Assembly (NCBI RefSeq): GCF_000372725.1
Contig: NW_005202428.1
Span: 2,181,249 to 2,245,248, forward strand
Length of the DNA stretch: 64,000 nucleotides
Direction: 5' to 3'
Source of the DNA: Emiliania huxleyi CCMP1516
Taxonomy: Eukaryota
Shown here: positions 24,591-38,606 of the stretch, piece after piece
How positions within the stretch are numbered: position 1 is the stretch's first letter
Layout: each line of letters starts with the position of its first letter
Made by a program: the position numbers and the translations under genes
The notes under the pieces: model-generated
The model's database searches: none
What the model saw: the letters and a program-made list of their open reading frames with translations, nothing else
Told to the model about the DNA's origin: nothing

Positions 24591-24923
24591 ATGACTCACG
24601 CGCTCACGCGGCTGGCAGGGTTGACCGGCGCCTCTGCGATTGGCGTCGCCGCCTATGGCGCGCACGGCCTGAAGGTGGACGACCCACAGCGGAAAGTCGC
24701 GTTTGAGAATGCTAACCGATACCATCTCATCCACAGCGCCGTGCTACTGGCGTGTCCTTCTCAGAAGCGACCGATGGTAACTGGGTCACTACTGGTCGTT
24801 GGCACGCTGCTCTTCTCCGGCTCCTGCTACGCTTACGCGCTCACGGGTGACCGAGAGATGGGGAAGCTCGCGCCGGTCGGCGGAGTGTGTATGATGGCAG
24901 GCTGGGTCTCCTTCGTGGTGTGA
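24591..24923 (+). CDS. TMEM256: DUF423/TMEM256 family membrane protein
   Basis: GASAIGVAAYGAHGL...FENANRYHLIHS...GTLLFSGSCYAYAL...LAPVGGVCMMAGW. Confidence 0.92.
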   Translation: MTHALTRLAGLTGASAIGVAAYGAHGLKVDDPQRKVAFENANRYHLIHSAVLLACPSQKRPMVTGSLLVVGTLLFSGSCYAYALTGDREMGKLAPVGGVCMMAGWVSFVV

Positions 24924-25963
24924 GTACCTGGCACCTGGTCTGGCACATGCACTGCCTGGTCCATGCACTGCCTGGTCCGCCTGAGTGTGACGACGTCGTG
25001 CCGAGTAAAGCCGTAGCTATGCGATTCTGCTTCTGGCGGACAGACCGTGGTGGCGCCCCTCACTGGGTGTGGCTCAAGTGTATTATGAACCTCGCAACCG
25101 GTAATCAACGGCGCGTACGGAGGTACGTATGGCGCGGCCTCGTCGGCGGATGGCGCCGGTCTCGACCCAAGCGGCAAGGCGGGTTTCACTTGCCCCTGTG
25201 CCCCCCGCGGCCCCTCCGCGTGGAGGAAGGTGGACCGTGCGGCTCTCTGAGAGATATCTGGCGACGGCATCGATGTTGTCCGCCCGAGCGTGACTCGCAA
25301 CTCCACGACCTCCACGACCTCCACGGCCACGGCTCTCCCCACCAAAGTCGAGTCCTCTCACTCGATTACATAAAAGACAGTTGTAGCGTAGATCCCTCTC
25401 CCTGGGCGAGGGTGGTGGAGGGGGCGGTCCGTCCGGACCGGGTCCGTCGGCGCCGAACCACCGCCCACCGAGGTGGGCAGGTTCCACGCGTTCCCGGACC
25501 GCCCCGTTGGAGGTAGACCGCTCGTCTAGCCAATCAGCCTTAAGCGAGCGGTCTGGCCGTTGGACGATGGCCTAAGACCGTGGTGGCTCTGGAGAGCAAA
25601 GAAGTTGCATGCTTGCACAAAAATACTCTCATAACGACATACCCATCTCAGATGGGGGCATCTCCACCGCGCATGTCCCAAAACCCAACAAAGAAAAATG
25701 AGGTTGAGTCCCGCGTATCTCCCATCCATCCATCCAAATATGTTGAGCACATTGTGGTCCCCCATCCCCCAAAGCACGAGCGCGAGTCGAGAGATGGAGC
25801 GCCAAGCGAGATCCGAGAGAGGTCGCGGGCGGAGTTCTTTCGTGTTTGAATGAAAATATCTCATTCTAGAGTCAGAGGTGCGAGTGTCAGAGGCTGGAGG
25901 CAATCACAGAGGCTGCTCTGTCACGTTCTGCGGTCCGCTAGGCTCGATGCGCAACAAGTCGGA

Positions 25964-27169
25964 TCACTCGGCGGCGCGAAAATGCTCGAGCGCCGCCTCG
26001 ACCTTGTCATTGACAACGTTGAAGATCGGGTTGATGAGCCGCACGCCGTTCACCCACCCTTCGGGCACGCCCGGAAGCTCCGAGGCCGAAGCGGCGACGG
26101 CGAGGCCAGAGAGAGCGTAGCAAGTGTGGTAGTAGTCGCGCCCCTTGCCCGGCTTGTCGCGCAAACCGCCCTGCGCCACCTGGGCGCAGACGATGAGGTA
26201 GTCGAGGAGTGCCGGCGCGTTGTAGATGGCGCCGCCAGGCGCGAGCTCCCCGCGGGACTGCAGCAGCGACTGGACTAGCGGGAAGGCGCCCCCCTGCCAG
26301 AACGAGTAGCAAGAGTCCACCAGCTTGTTGGTCCGGCCCTGGAAGCCCCCCGCGTGCGCCATCTGCCGACCCACCAGCCAGCGAACCAGCGGCGGCAGGC
26401 GGAGCCGGTGCGCGGCGCCGAGCAGGCTCAGCGCGGCGAGGCCGCAAAAGGTGTACCCGCCGTGCGCCTCCTCGCCGGGCGTCGCGCCCACCCCGCCCTC
26501 GTACGTCTGGCAGCCGAGGATCCAGTTGGCAGTGTCCTCCCACGGCCCCGTCGCCTCAACCTCGCCGCTCAGCGTCGCCACGGCGATCGCGCAGTACGCG
26601 CCGCGCACGTCAACTTCGCCGTCGTGGTGCATCGTGAAGGCTCCGTCCTCGCGCCGCATCGCACGCAGGAAACTGCCCAGCTTGGCGCCCTTGATGAGCT
26701 CGAAGGCGGCGGGGGTGCCGATGGTGACGAGGGTGTTAACGGCGGCGTACGTGGGTGCCAGGTGCGCCATCTGCCCCGGGTACGGGCCGCCGCAGAAGCC
26801 GCCGCAGTCCGGGTCGCGGCAGCGGCCGATGAAGTTGATGACGGCGTCGGCCGCGGCGGCGTCGATCCTGGTGCCGAGGATGGAGAGGGAGTGGACGATC
26901 CAGTAGCAGAGCCAAGGCCGGCTCGCATCGAGCGACGCGTATCCGGCCGACAGCCGCCAGAGGCCGCTCGCGCAGTACGTGCGGTGCTCGCGCGTGAGGA
27001 GCGAAGCCGCCTCCCGGCGGAGCTCCGGGTCGCATATCTCGTCGATGCAGCGCTGGCAAGCCTCCTCCGTGGCGATCTGCTCCTCCGTCGTGTCGCTCGG
27101 CGCACCGCCGTCGCGAGCGTCGGTCTCGACGCCGGGTTGCCAGCGCCGCTGATAGTCGGCGTCTGACAT
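25964..27169 (-). CDS. FNTB: Protein farnesyltransferase beta subunit (intronless)
   Basis: SLDASRPWLCYW, HLAPTYAAVN, GEVDVRGAYC, EAHGGYTFCG, GFQGRTNKLVDSCYSFWQGG, GGLRDKPGK.RDYYHTCYALSGL. Confidence 0.97.
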   Translation of the reverse strand: MSDADYQRRWQPGVETDARDGGAPSDTTEEQIATEEACQRCIDEICDPELRREAASLLTREHRTYCASGLWRLSAGYASLDASRPWLCYWIVHSLSILGTRIDAAAADAVINFIGRCRDPDCGGFCGGPYPGQMAHLAPTYAAVNTLVTIGTPAAFELIKGAKLGSFLRAMRREDGAFTMHHDGEVDVRGAYCAIAVATLSGEVEATGPWEDTANWILGCQTYEGGVGATPGEEAHGGYTFCGLAALSLLGAAHRLRLPPLVRWLVGRQMAHAGGFQGRTNKLVDSCYSFWQGGAFPLVQSLLQSRGELAPGGAIYNAPALLDYLIVCAQVAQGGLRDKPGKGRDYYHTCYALSGLAVAASASELPGVPEGWVNGVRLINPIFNVVNDKVEAALEHFRAAE

Positions 27170-27279
27170 ATGCTGTAAGAGAGAATTTTAAGAAAACACG
27201 CCCGTACCGCAGACATGCACATGTGCATGTGCAAAGAGAGACTCGGACGACACTAGGCGAGAGAGAGAGACACAGACGG

Positions 27280-28050
27280 CGGTGCAAAGGACTACCATGG
27301 CGACTGGTTCCTCACAACGCCGCCCGCCGACGCCCACACGACGGCGTACTTCGCGCCTGGTACGATTGTGTCCACGCCGTCTCCGTCTCCCGGCCCGTTA
27401 TGGGAGATGCCGAAAAACCAGAACTCACCAAACAGTTCATCGAAGGCTACAAAACCGACCTGAGGCAAGAAGAGCGCCGCCCCAACCCGGGGGGCAAAGA
27501 CGAGATCAGCGAGGTCAAACTTTGGACGCCCCTCCGGGGTGGCTTGCCCGTTGGGGTCGGCCGCACCGCCACCGGAGGCACCCCCGGCTCCGTTGGAGAC
27601 AAGTTCGCCTTCGGCAACACCGAAGAGCGCGCCCGCCTTGCAAACATGGGCTGCAAGCAACGCGGGTTCCCGTGGTCAACGGGCGTTCGACCACACCACC
27701 GGCCAAGGCTACGTCAAGTCACAGCGTGGCCACTACCATGATGGGATCTTCACCAAACGAAACAAGTTCAACCTGCTTCTCCACGAGACATTCGGCGGCG
27801 GCTTCTCGCCGCCAGCAAGTTGCAAAGATCAACCGCCTTGCGCGCCAGGCTCAACGCTCGGGCGTTGACCGCACCGCGTACCCTCCCCACTCCCGCCTCT
27901 CATTTGTGTCACACCACGCGGAACGCATCTCCATCGCTTCGGTGAAGGGGGTGAACCGCGCCATCCTCGATCGCCGTGCAAAGCTCGCTTCCGAGCTCTC
28001 ACGCCGCGCGTAGGGCCCTTAGGGGCCTAGCCCCCTCTCCCTTTTCTCCC
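27280..28050 (+). mobile_element. 5'-truncated, frameshifted non-LTR retrotransposon fragment (C-terminal restriction-like endonuclease region)
   Basis: TDLRQ...ISEVKLWTP (PD-(D/E)xK-like), AFGNTEE, then frameshifted FDHTTGQGYV...GHYHD...LLLHETFGGGFSP; stop at 28013. Confidence 0.7.
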
Positions 28051-29100
28051 AGTAAGCTAAAAGTACGCACTAGGCACGGTCCTAGAGATCGCTTGAATGC
28101 CGGCATTCAAGCGCGACAGTGCTAGCCGCCTCCGCGATGCTGAGCGGTGCATGAAGGGCGGCGAGCCGCTGACGATGCGCGAGGCGTCCTTCATCAGCTC
28201 GCTGATGGGACACGCCCAGCACATCGACGCGGCCACCGTCCGGTTCACCATGCACATCGACGGCAGCCTCGACGGGCAGATCAACTTGGCAGCGCTGGCG
28301 AAGCGAGGCGGTCGGCGCAGGCCCCAGGAGGCGGTCGCAGCGAGAGAAGCGAGGCAGAAGATGCTGTTGAAAGGGTGGGGAGCAGTCTGCCGTCGAGCGG
28401 CGCGCCGCGCGAGCCCGCTGCTGGCGGCCCGATCGGAGAGCTGGTAGTCGTGGTACCACTAAGCTCGCCATCGCGCCCGAGACAGGCCGCTCTGGCCCTG
28501 TAGACCTTCCCAGAGAGCTTGGCGAGGCTGTACAGAATGCCGAGAGCATTCTGAGCAGGCTCCCCGTCGAGCGACGAGCCATGCTGGCTCGTCGCGGGCG
28601 GCGAGCTCGAAGACCTGCGCAGAGCGTCGCCGAGCCTGGCGTGCCCGCCCGCACGCCCGCGGTCGCAGGCATGGAAGCCGAGCTTCCTGGCGTCTCTAGC
28701 CAGCGCTCACATGCCAAAAGACACCTCGCAGCGCGCGAGACGTGACCGAAGCGGCACGCCTCGGCGCCGCGAGAGCAGCCGGTCGACGTCGGCACCAACG
28801 GGCTCGGGAACCGTACCATACTACTCAAAAGTACAATATACTACCTCGAAGTACAGTATACTGCGTCAAAGCACCGGCCCTGAGTCCGCCAAGCGCGCGG
28901 CCGCCGGGCGCCTCCGAACCGACAGGGGCGCCGCGGCAGTAGAGAGCACTCCACCGCCATACCGTTTTTATGGCGGGTGCCTTTGCTACTGGGTAGCGGT
29001 CGGCTAAAAAAATGATTCTCGCTGCGGAGGGCGACGGAGGGTGGGCTCGCCACCTGGGCGACCCGTAAAGCAGTGAGGCAGGCATCTGCCCGGCGCCTCC

Positions 29101-31305
<2,205 letters not shown>

Positions 31306-31969
31306 GCTTGGCCGCGTGTGTTGAAGAAGAGAAACACCGCTTTGATTCTTACAACCCTCACCCGCCAAGGCAGGTGTGCACTCTATGCTAGTACTTGTGT
31401 GGGCTCACACCAACCGCACACCAAGGGCTTAATGCTCTGGCGAGATGTGAGGCGCATGCGCCCAACCCCAAGGAGGGGAGGGAGCATGCGTAACGACGCT
31501 GCTAGAGATGCCTTTCGGGGCCCAGAGATAAAACTTCTGAAGCCATGCGTGACCTAGTAGTGTCCCCAGCTATGGGCGTGTCCACGTTGGAGCCAGGTGT
31601 GGTGTGGACGCGAGAATAGCTCCGCCGTTCATGGAGGCAACCGATGCGAGTCGACTGGTGTGTGTCGTCGTGGCTTCGTATCAAGAATACTCACTCACTC
31701 ACTCACACTCACACCACATCACCACTACACTGTGGGGGGCGGTGCCCGAGCATGATGTATGTGCGCGTCTGTGCGTGTGTGGGACAGACGTGGTTGTCCT
31801 ATGCGCGGGGCTTCCCGCGGGGACCGAAGACGAAAAGCTTCGTTTGCTTTAGGAAAATCGCAAAAAAAGAAAAACAGCGCGCACGACGGCAGCTCGCCCC
31901 GGGGCCCCCCGCTCCGCGAGCGGCTGGCACAGGCAGACAGCCGCGCCAACCTGCGCAGCTCTCTCTCAA

Positions 31970-33364
31970 GTGTATATGCTCTGCTACGCCGCCGCCGCCG
32001 CCGTCCCGTCGTCCGACGCGCCGTCGCCCGCCGTGCCTGTGCTGCTCGAGGCGCTTCGGATCGAGCGTTCACGGGCGAGATCCCTCGAGCGTCGCCTCGA
32101 GGCGCTTCAGCGCTCCTGCAGCACGTCGTCGACCGAGGAGACATATCCGAAGCGTGCACAAGCTGAGGCTGCTGCCCGTGTCTCCGGCACGGAAACGCCC
32201 TCGCTGTCGACGGCTTCAGCGGTTCGCAGCGAGGCGCCTGTTCCGCACGGCCCGATGCGTGTCTGCCTGGTCCACCTGCTCGACGGACCCGGCGGGTATG
32301 ACGCCGTCGTCGCCTCGGCCCGCAACCAGCGAGGCTCTGCACACGTCGTCCTCGATGAGCTCGCAAGCGAGCCGCGGCGCAAGCAGGTGCCTTCCGGGAA
32401 GCTTCCGCTGCCGAATTACCGCACTGGGTTGCCAGATGGCCGCTCAGCTCCCCTCCGACGCCTCCCCAGGCTGCGGCGATCGCGGCGGCGGCAAACGTCT
32501 CGCTGGCGGCAGTGCACAGCCCTCGAGGCGGGCCGACACTCGCGCCTCTGGGCGGTGTGTGAGGAGGCGCCGTTCGCATCACTGCTGCTGCTGCTGACAG
32601 GAGAGTCGCCCGTCGCGCGCTGGGCGGCGGCTGGCCGCGCGTGCGCCGAGGCGGCGGGGCCGTCCGCAGGCCTGGAGGTGCTCTGCGCGCTCCGGCAGGG
32701 CGTCGTGTTGCCGCGTGGCGCGGCGGGTGCGGCGCGCGCTTTCCTCGCATCGCACGGAGAGGAGGGAAGGGGCGATGGCCGCCCGCCGCTGCTTGCCTTT
32801 CCGGTGCAACGTCGCCGCAACCGCCCGATCTCGGCGACAGAGCTCGGATCGGATCTGTCGGCCACGTCTCACTGCAGGTGTGGAGCTTCGCGCCGCCGCC
32901 CCGAGAGGCTGGCTCGACCGCAGCGACGAGCGAGTCCGCCAGCGGCGGGTACCGCCCCCCTCTCGAGGGGCTGTACTCGCGGCGCGGCTGGCAGGTCCTG
33001 CGGAGAGTCCACCCCGCACAGCTCGCGCCGCCCGCAGGCGAGGGCCTCCCCCGCCCGAGAGAGCCGTCTCAGAGAGCCGTCTCCGAAGCTCCGAGACGTT
33101 CCCGCAGGTGGCGGCCCCTCCCGGCTCACGCCGGCGGCCCCGTGGCCGCCAGCCGCCTGGTGCGTGCCGGCGTGGGCGCCGGCGTCGGTCCGCTCGCTAC
33201 CGATGCCGCCGCCGGTGGCGCAGCCGTGTGGGAATGTCGCGCCTTCGGACGAGGCGGCGACCGAAGTTGCCGTCTGGCTGGCGGACATGTCGATGCTCGC
33301 CGAGGCAGTGGAGGGGGGTGGGAGCGATGGGGCGGAGGGGAGGGGATGTGAAGATATCACGTAG
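31970..33364 (+). CDS. Hypothetical protein, exon structure uncertain
   Basis: Long ORF with protein-like segments (RVCLVHLLDGPGGYDAVV, VCEEAPFASLLLLLTGESPVARW) between two genes; no family recognised. Confidence 0.4.
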   Translation: MYMLCYAAAAAVPSSDAPSPAVPVLLEALRIERSRARSLERRLEALQRSCSTSSTEETYPKRAQAEAAARVSGTETPSLSTASAVRSEAPVPHGPMRVCLVHLLDGPGGYDAVVASARNQRGSAHVVLDELASEPRRKQVPSGKLPLPNYRTGLPDGRSAPLRRLPRLRRSRRRQTSRWRQCTALEAGRHSRLWAVCEEAPFASLLLLLTGESPVARWAAAGRACAEAAGPSAGLEVLCALRQGVVLPRGAAGAARAFLASHGEEGRGDGRPPLLAFPVQRRRNRPISATELGSDLSATSHCRCGASRRRPERLARPQRRASPPAAGTAPLSRGCTRGAAGRSCGESTPHSSRRPQARASPARESRLREPSPKLRDVPAGGGPSRLTPAAPWPPAAWCVPAWAPASVRSLPMPPPVAQPCGNVAPSDEAATEVAVWLADMSMLAEAVEGGGSDGAEGRGCEDIT

Positions 33365-33663
33365 TCCACTGCAGGCAGCTTCTTACTTGTACGCTTGATG
33401 ACAAAAACCGACGTGTGACGGTGTGAGCGTGTGAGAGATGACACCGACCGGTCACCGCCGCAACACCGCTGAGCGCTGTGCCTGCGCTGTGCCACACGCC
33501 ACACGGCGACCGCGCGGACAACCTGTCTGAAGTCGATTTTGACACGGCCTCCGCGCGCCGAAATCTCGCTCTTCCTCAAGAAGAAAGAAGAAGGAGGCGG
33601 CGGGGTCCCGCACAGGAAAAAGAAAATTCCCCCGGCCCGGCACGCGCTCTCCCCTGCAGCACG

Positions 33664-36490
33664 ATGCCCCACCGTTTTCAGCGGCGCCAGACCGGAAGAG
33701 AAAAGAACGCCGACTCGCTGAGGCTGCCAGCCAAGCTGCAGGAGGAGCTGGCGCAGCACGGCGGCGACGGCGCGAGCTTCAACCGGCGGCGGGAGCCCTC
33801 GCGGAAAGACAGGCGGAAGGAAGAGCGGCGACTGCGGAAGCAGGGCGTGGTCAAGCCACGGCGGGGCGATAACTCTGGCCGTGCAAACGATGGTCCGGCG
33901 GCGGCGGCCCAGCGAGCCGTCAAAGCGGTGCCGCCGCCGCCGCAGCCGTCCCGCAGCGCCGCCGCAGCGCCCAACAAGGCCGGATCGCGCGGCGACGCCC
34001 GCCGGCCGGCGAAGCAGCGGGCACCGCTCCAGCCGCGCTCCGCCGCTGCCCCACCGCTCGAGCCGCTCGACGCGCACGACGAGCACATCGCCATGCTCGA
34101 GAAGCGGCTCGGCGTGCGCGGCGGCGGCAAGGCGAACCGCGACGTGCGTGCCGAGAAGCGGCTGCGGCAGGAGATGGAGGCGGATGGGCTCGGCTTCCTC
34201 TCGCAGCTCGACTCGCTCGACGGCGCAGCCTCGGGTGGCGCCCTCGCGGCGGCCAAGCGCAGCGGGGCGGAAGGCGACGGCGCAGCCCTCGCCGGCCAAA
34301 GCCGGAAGGCGGTGCGGCCGGCGGTGAGAGAGGCTCCGGTGGTGCGGCCAGATGGAGAGAGCGAGGAGGAGGAGGAGGAGGAGGAGGAGGAGGAGGAGGA
34401 GGAGGAGGAGGAGGAGGGCGAGGAGGAGGGCGAGGAGGAGGAGGGGGAGAGCAGCGAGGCGGAGGACGGCCTGGAGGGGCTATTCGACTTTGAGGGAGGG
34501 GAGGGCGACGAGGGCGACGAGGAGGGCGAGATGGAGGAGGAGAGCGAGATGGAGGAGGGAGAGGAGGAAGGGGAGGAGGAGGAGGAGGAGGCGAGTGGGG
34601 AGGCGAGTGGGGAGGAGGTGGACGAGGCGCCGGCGGCGGGTGGCCTCGGCAAGGCGGGCGAGGGCGCTGGTGCGCCGGCTGCCAGAGGTTCGGCGGTGGC
34701 GCCGTCCTCCTCCGGGAAAGCGCGCTACGTCCCTCCTGCGCTGCGGGCGGCCGACGGCGGCGACGCGGCGCGGGGGCGGCAGCTGCGCGGCTTGCTCAAC
34801 CGGCTGAGCGAGAACAACTTGCCGTCGATCAGCGCCGAGGTTGCCAAGCTCCTCGGCGAGGGGAGGCAGCGGCCGATGGTAGATGAGATGGTGACGGCCG
34901 TGCTCGGCGCGGCTCTGTCCGAGGAGCACGTGCTGCCGCAGATCGCGCTCACTAACGCCGCGCTCGTGCGCGCGCTCTCGCCGGCGGCGCCGCACCTCGC
35001 CGCCTTCCTCGTCGAGGCGCTCGTCAGTCGCTTCGAGGACGACTACGCCGCCCGCCGCTCCAACGCGTGCGCCAACGCCGTGCTGCTCCTCTCGCACCTC
35101 TACAACCTTGGCGCCGTCCACTGCTCCCTCCTCTACGCGCTCGTCCGCCGCCTCATCGCAGCCGCCCACTCGCAGCCGCCGACCGCCGCCGCCGCCACCG
35201 CCTCCGACGGCTCCGCCGCCGCTGGCGACGCCTCCGACGCCGGCGAGCTCGAGCTGCTGCTGCTGCTCAAGCTCCTCACTGCCGTCGGCCCGCCGCTCCG
35301 GCCGGACGGGCAGTCAGCGTCCGCACGTCCAATGACGCGTCCACGACCCGCCGCATAGGCCCTCAGCTCCGGTCGGACGACCCCTCCGCCCTCGGCGAGA
35401 TTCTCAAGCTGCACCACAGCCTGGCTGCTGGCGCGGCGGCGGGCGGGGCGGCTGGCTCGGCGCGCCGGCGCGTCTTTGCGCAGACGCTCAGCGAGCTCAA
35501 GAACAACCGGCTCCGCGCGGCGGCGGACGGCGGCGCGGTCGCGCGGCTGCAAAAGGCGCTGCGCAAGCTCTGTCCGGACAAGAGCGCCGCGCCAGCGCTG
35601 CAGGCGGGCTGGGACGAGCTCTTGCACGCCGAGCAGAATGGGCGCTGGTGGGTGGTCGGCTCTGCTTGGGCGGGACGCGCGAGCGGCGCGTCGGCAGCGG
35701 GCGCGGGCTCCGGCCTTGGCGGCCCACCGGGCGAGAGCGGCGGGGCCGGCCGGCGCGCGGGTGGCGCAGCCGCTGGCTCCGAGTCTCGGTTGCTGTCGCT
35801 GGCCTCGGAGCAGCGGCTGAGCACGGACGTGCGCAAGAGCATCTTTGTGGCAATCATGGGCGCCGACGACTATGTGCACGCGTCGGAGCGGCTGGGGAAG
35901 CTCGGCCTGAAGCGTGCGCAGCGGGCAGAGGTCGTCCGTGTCCTCCTCCACTGCTGCGGCGCGGAGGCGGGCTACAACGCCTTCTACGCGCTGCTCGCGG
36001 CGCGGCTCTGCGCGTCGCACCGCGAGTGCGCTCGGTGCTCCCGCTTCGGCCTTGACGGGACACGTCGATGACTGCCCACGATACGTCCGCTAGGTACCGC
36101 TTCGCCTTCCACTTTGCGCTGTGGGACGCCTTCAAGGCCCTCGACGAGGCGCCGCTCCATCGCGCGGCAAACACGGCCAAGATGCTGGCGGCCCTGCTGC
36201 TGCGCGCCGCGCTGCCGGTCGACGTGCTCAAGGTTGTGCGTTGGCACGACCTGACGGAGCGGGCGCGCTTTTTCTGGCAGGTTTGCTTCTGCGAGTTGCT
36301 CGCCGCCCCCGAGGCGGAGCTCGGCCGGCTCGTGGTTGCGCTCTGCGCCCCCGAGGCGGCGGAGGGCCTGCGAGACGGCGTCTGCGTTTTCGCCAAGCGC
36401 GAGCTCGAGCCGCTCGTCCGAAAGACGCGGCGCGATTTGGCGACGCCGCTCGCCCGCCTCATGCGCGACCTCGGCGCGGGCGTCTCATAG
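33664..36490 (+). CDS. NOM1: Nucleolar MIF4G/MA3 domain protein (NOM1/SGD1), 3 exons
   Basis: Acidic tract, RYVPPALR...LRGLLNRLSENNL (MIF4G), GRWWVVGSAW, TDVRKSIFVAIMGADDYVHASERL and YNAFYALLAARLC (MA3). Introns 35288-35358 and about 36025-36092. Confidence 0.93.
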
Positions 36491-37084
36491 CCTCTCTCGC
36501 CCCTCGTGGCCCCATTTTCTTTTCTCGCTGACCGGCTTTTGTTTGTTCCGTAAGCCCTCATTGCAACAAAACGCGTCAAACCACAAACGTGTCACGTACA
36601 CGGCGCCCCCTAATCTCTGTAAGCTATGACAAAAGCTCTCCTTCTTATATCACATACTTTTTAGGAGTCCAGCGGCCAGCACAAAACGAAACGAACAGGA
36701 ACACGAGAGTCCTCTCTGCGGAATTGAAGGAACAAAATTAAAGCTATCCCAGAGTAGTGTGGTGCTCACACAGAGTGGCAGAGTGACAGAGTCCCCTGGA
36801 CCCCCCCCCCCCCCCCCGACCCCCCCGCTAGTGCGGCGGGGTGGAACTGGAAGGGGCGCACGCGGGGCGCGCTCGGCGCTGCTCCGCGGTGGCCGGTGCG
36901 CGGACCGCGGGGGGCGCCGCCGTCGTCTGAATGTATCCTATATACCTTAATACCTAAGTGGGAGCAGGGAGGCACCACATCCGACCACGTGATGTTTGTG
37001 TGTCGACTGTGTGCATCACATTAGACTCTAAAGGCACACATACACACTCACACAACGCGCACACAAAAGCGTTCTTGATATACA

Positions 37085-38000
37085 CACACGCAGCCGCGTG
37101 GTGGCCAGCCATCGCCCGAACTTGATCGTCCAGCGCATGGTCGGATGCTGGCCCGTCGGGGTGCACTGCATCGGCACGCCCGTCCCCTCCTTCGCCTCCT
37201 CCGCAAGGAACTCGCGTAGCAGCCGGCGCAGGTGTCGCAGATGCTTCGAAAGGTCGGGCCCGTGCGGCGAGAGGAGCGGCACCTCGACGTCGCCCAACAG
37301 GGCCTCCTCCTCTCCCCACTCCTCCGCCAATGCGTCCGCCAACGCGCTGCGCAGCACCCTGCTGCAGCCTGGGCGCGCGGCTCCGGTGGTGTTCTCACCC
37401 GCTGTGCCCACGCCACCGGAGCTCGCGCCACCCTCCCCCGCTCCGCCGGCCTCCACCTGCATGTCGCCTCGCGCTGCCGCTGCCGCTCGCTCCCGGTGCC
37501 ACTCCGCGACGAGATCGGCAGACACGTCCTCCGCCTCTTCCCAGGTGTTCTCGTCCGACGCGTAGCCCTCCCATTTGATCTCGTACTCGACAGCGCCGGA
37601 CTGGCCGCGCCGCTCGCCCCGCACCGCCTCCACCCGGAAGGCGCCCTCGCCCAGGTAGTTCTCATCGCCCCCCACTCGCGTGTCCCAGTACTCAGTCTCG
37701 CCCCCGACGTCTATGAGCTCCCACTCCGAGTCCGACGCCTCTCGCATCGACCCGCTGCCTCGCGTCGCCCGACACGGCCTCCCTGTGGCCCCGGCTGTCG
37801 CCGCCGCCGCCTCGTGGAGCCCATCCATGCCATCCTCGCGCGCGCTCTCGCCCGACGCTTCGGCGGCTGCCCGCCGCCGCCGCCGCCGCTTTGCCTTCCG
37901 CTCCCGCTTCGGCAGCAGCGTGTAGTTCGGGCCGGTCTCGGCCACACCCTTCAACACGTCGTCGGCGCTCACCAACTCGACGCCGGCCCTCTTCGGGCGG
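37085..38000 (-). pseudogene. Chromodomain-containing ORF fragment, probably transposon-derived and truncated
   Basis: FRVEAVRGERRGQSGAVEYEIKWEGYASDENTWEEAEDV is a canonical chromodomain. The ORF degenerates into TG-rich sequence near 37085. Confidence 0.6.
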
Positions 38001-38606
38001 CAGGACGGTCCCCGCCGCCCTGTCGGCCTCCTCCCGCTGCTCGCGCTCGTCGCGCTGCCGCTCCTGGTGCGCCTTTCGCCGCGCCACCCCGTCTCCCGTG
38101 TGCCGCGCACGCTCCGACATGCGGGCCACTTCCAGTTTCCCGACCCTCGCGAACTGCGATTGCGGTTCGATCGGACGTCCATGTCCATCTCGTTCCTATT
38201 CGACGTTCTTGTCATATGCGTTTCCGGGTTCCGATTCGTTTCCGATTCGTTTCCAGTTCCCCGTCCCTGACGAAATCTTTGCGCTCTCCTTTTTACATAC
38301 ATATACACCCTGCCCCCCTGGCGCTGAGCCCACGCCAAGACGATATCGTGCACGGGCGGGGGCACACACGTGTCCACTGCCACTAACGTAAGCACTACGA
38401 TATCCTTCTCGTCAGAGAACTTTTTGACGAGAGATCGACCCCTTTTATTTATAATGGAGAAGTGCGTTTCCGCACCCCTCTTACCCCTTTCCCTTTCCGT
38501 TACCCCTTACCTCGTTGAAAAAATCTTTCGCAGGGGGAGACCTAGGCAAGGACCCGAGAGAGGGACGACCCTAGCGCTCTAGGCTCCCCGTAGACAATGC
38601 GGCTTG

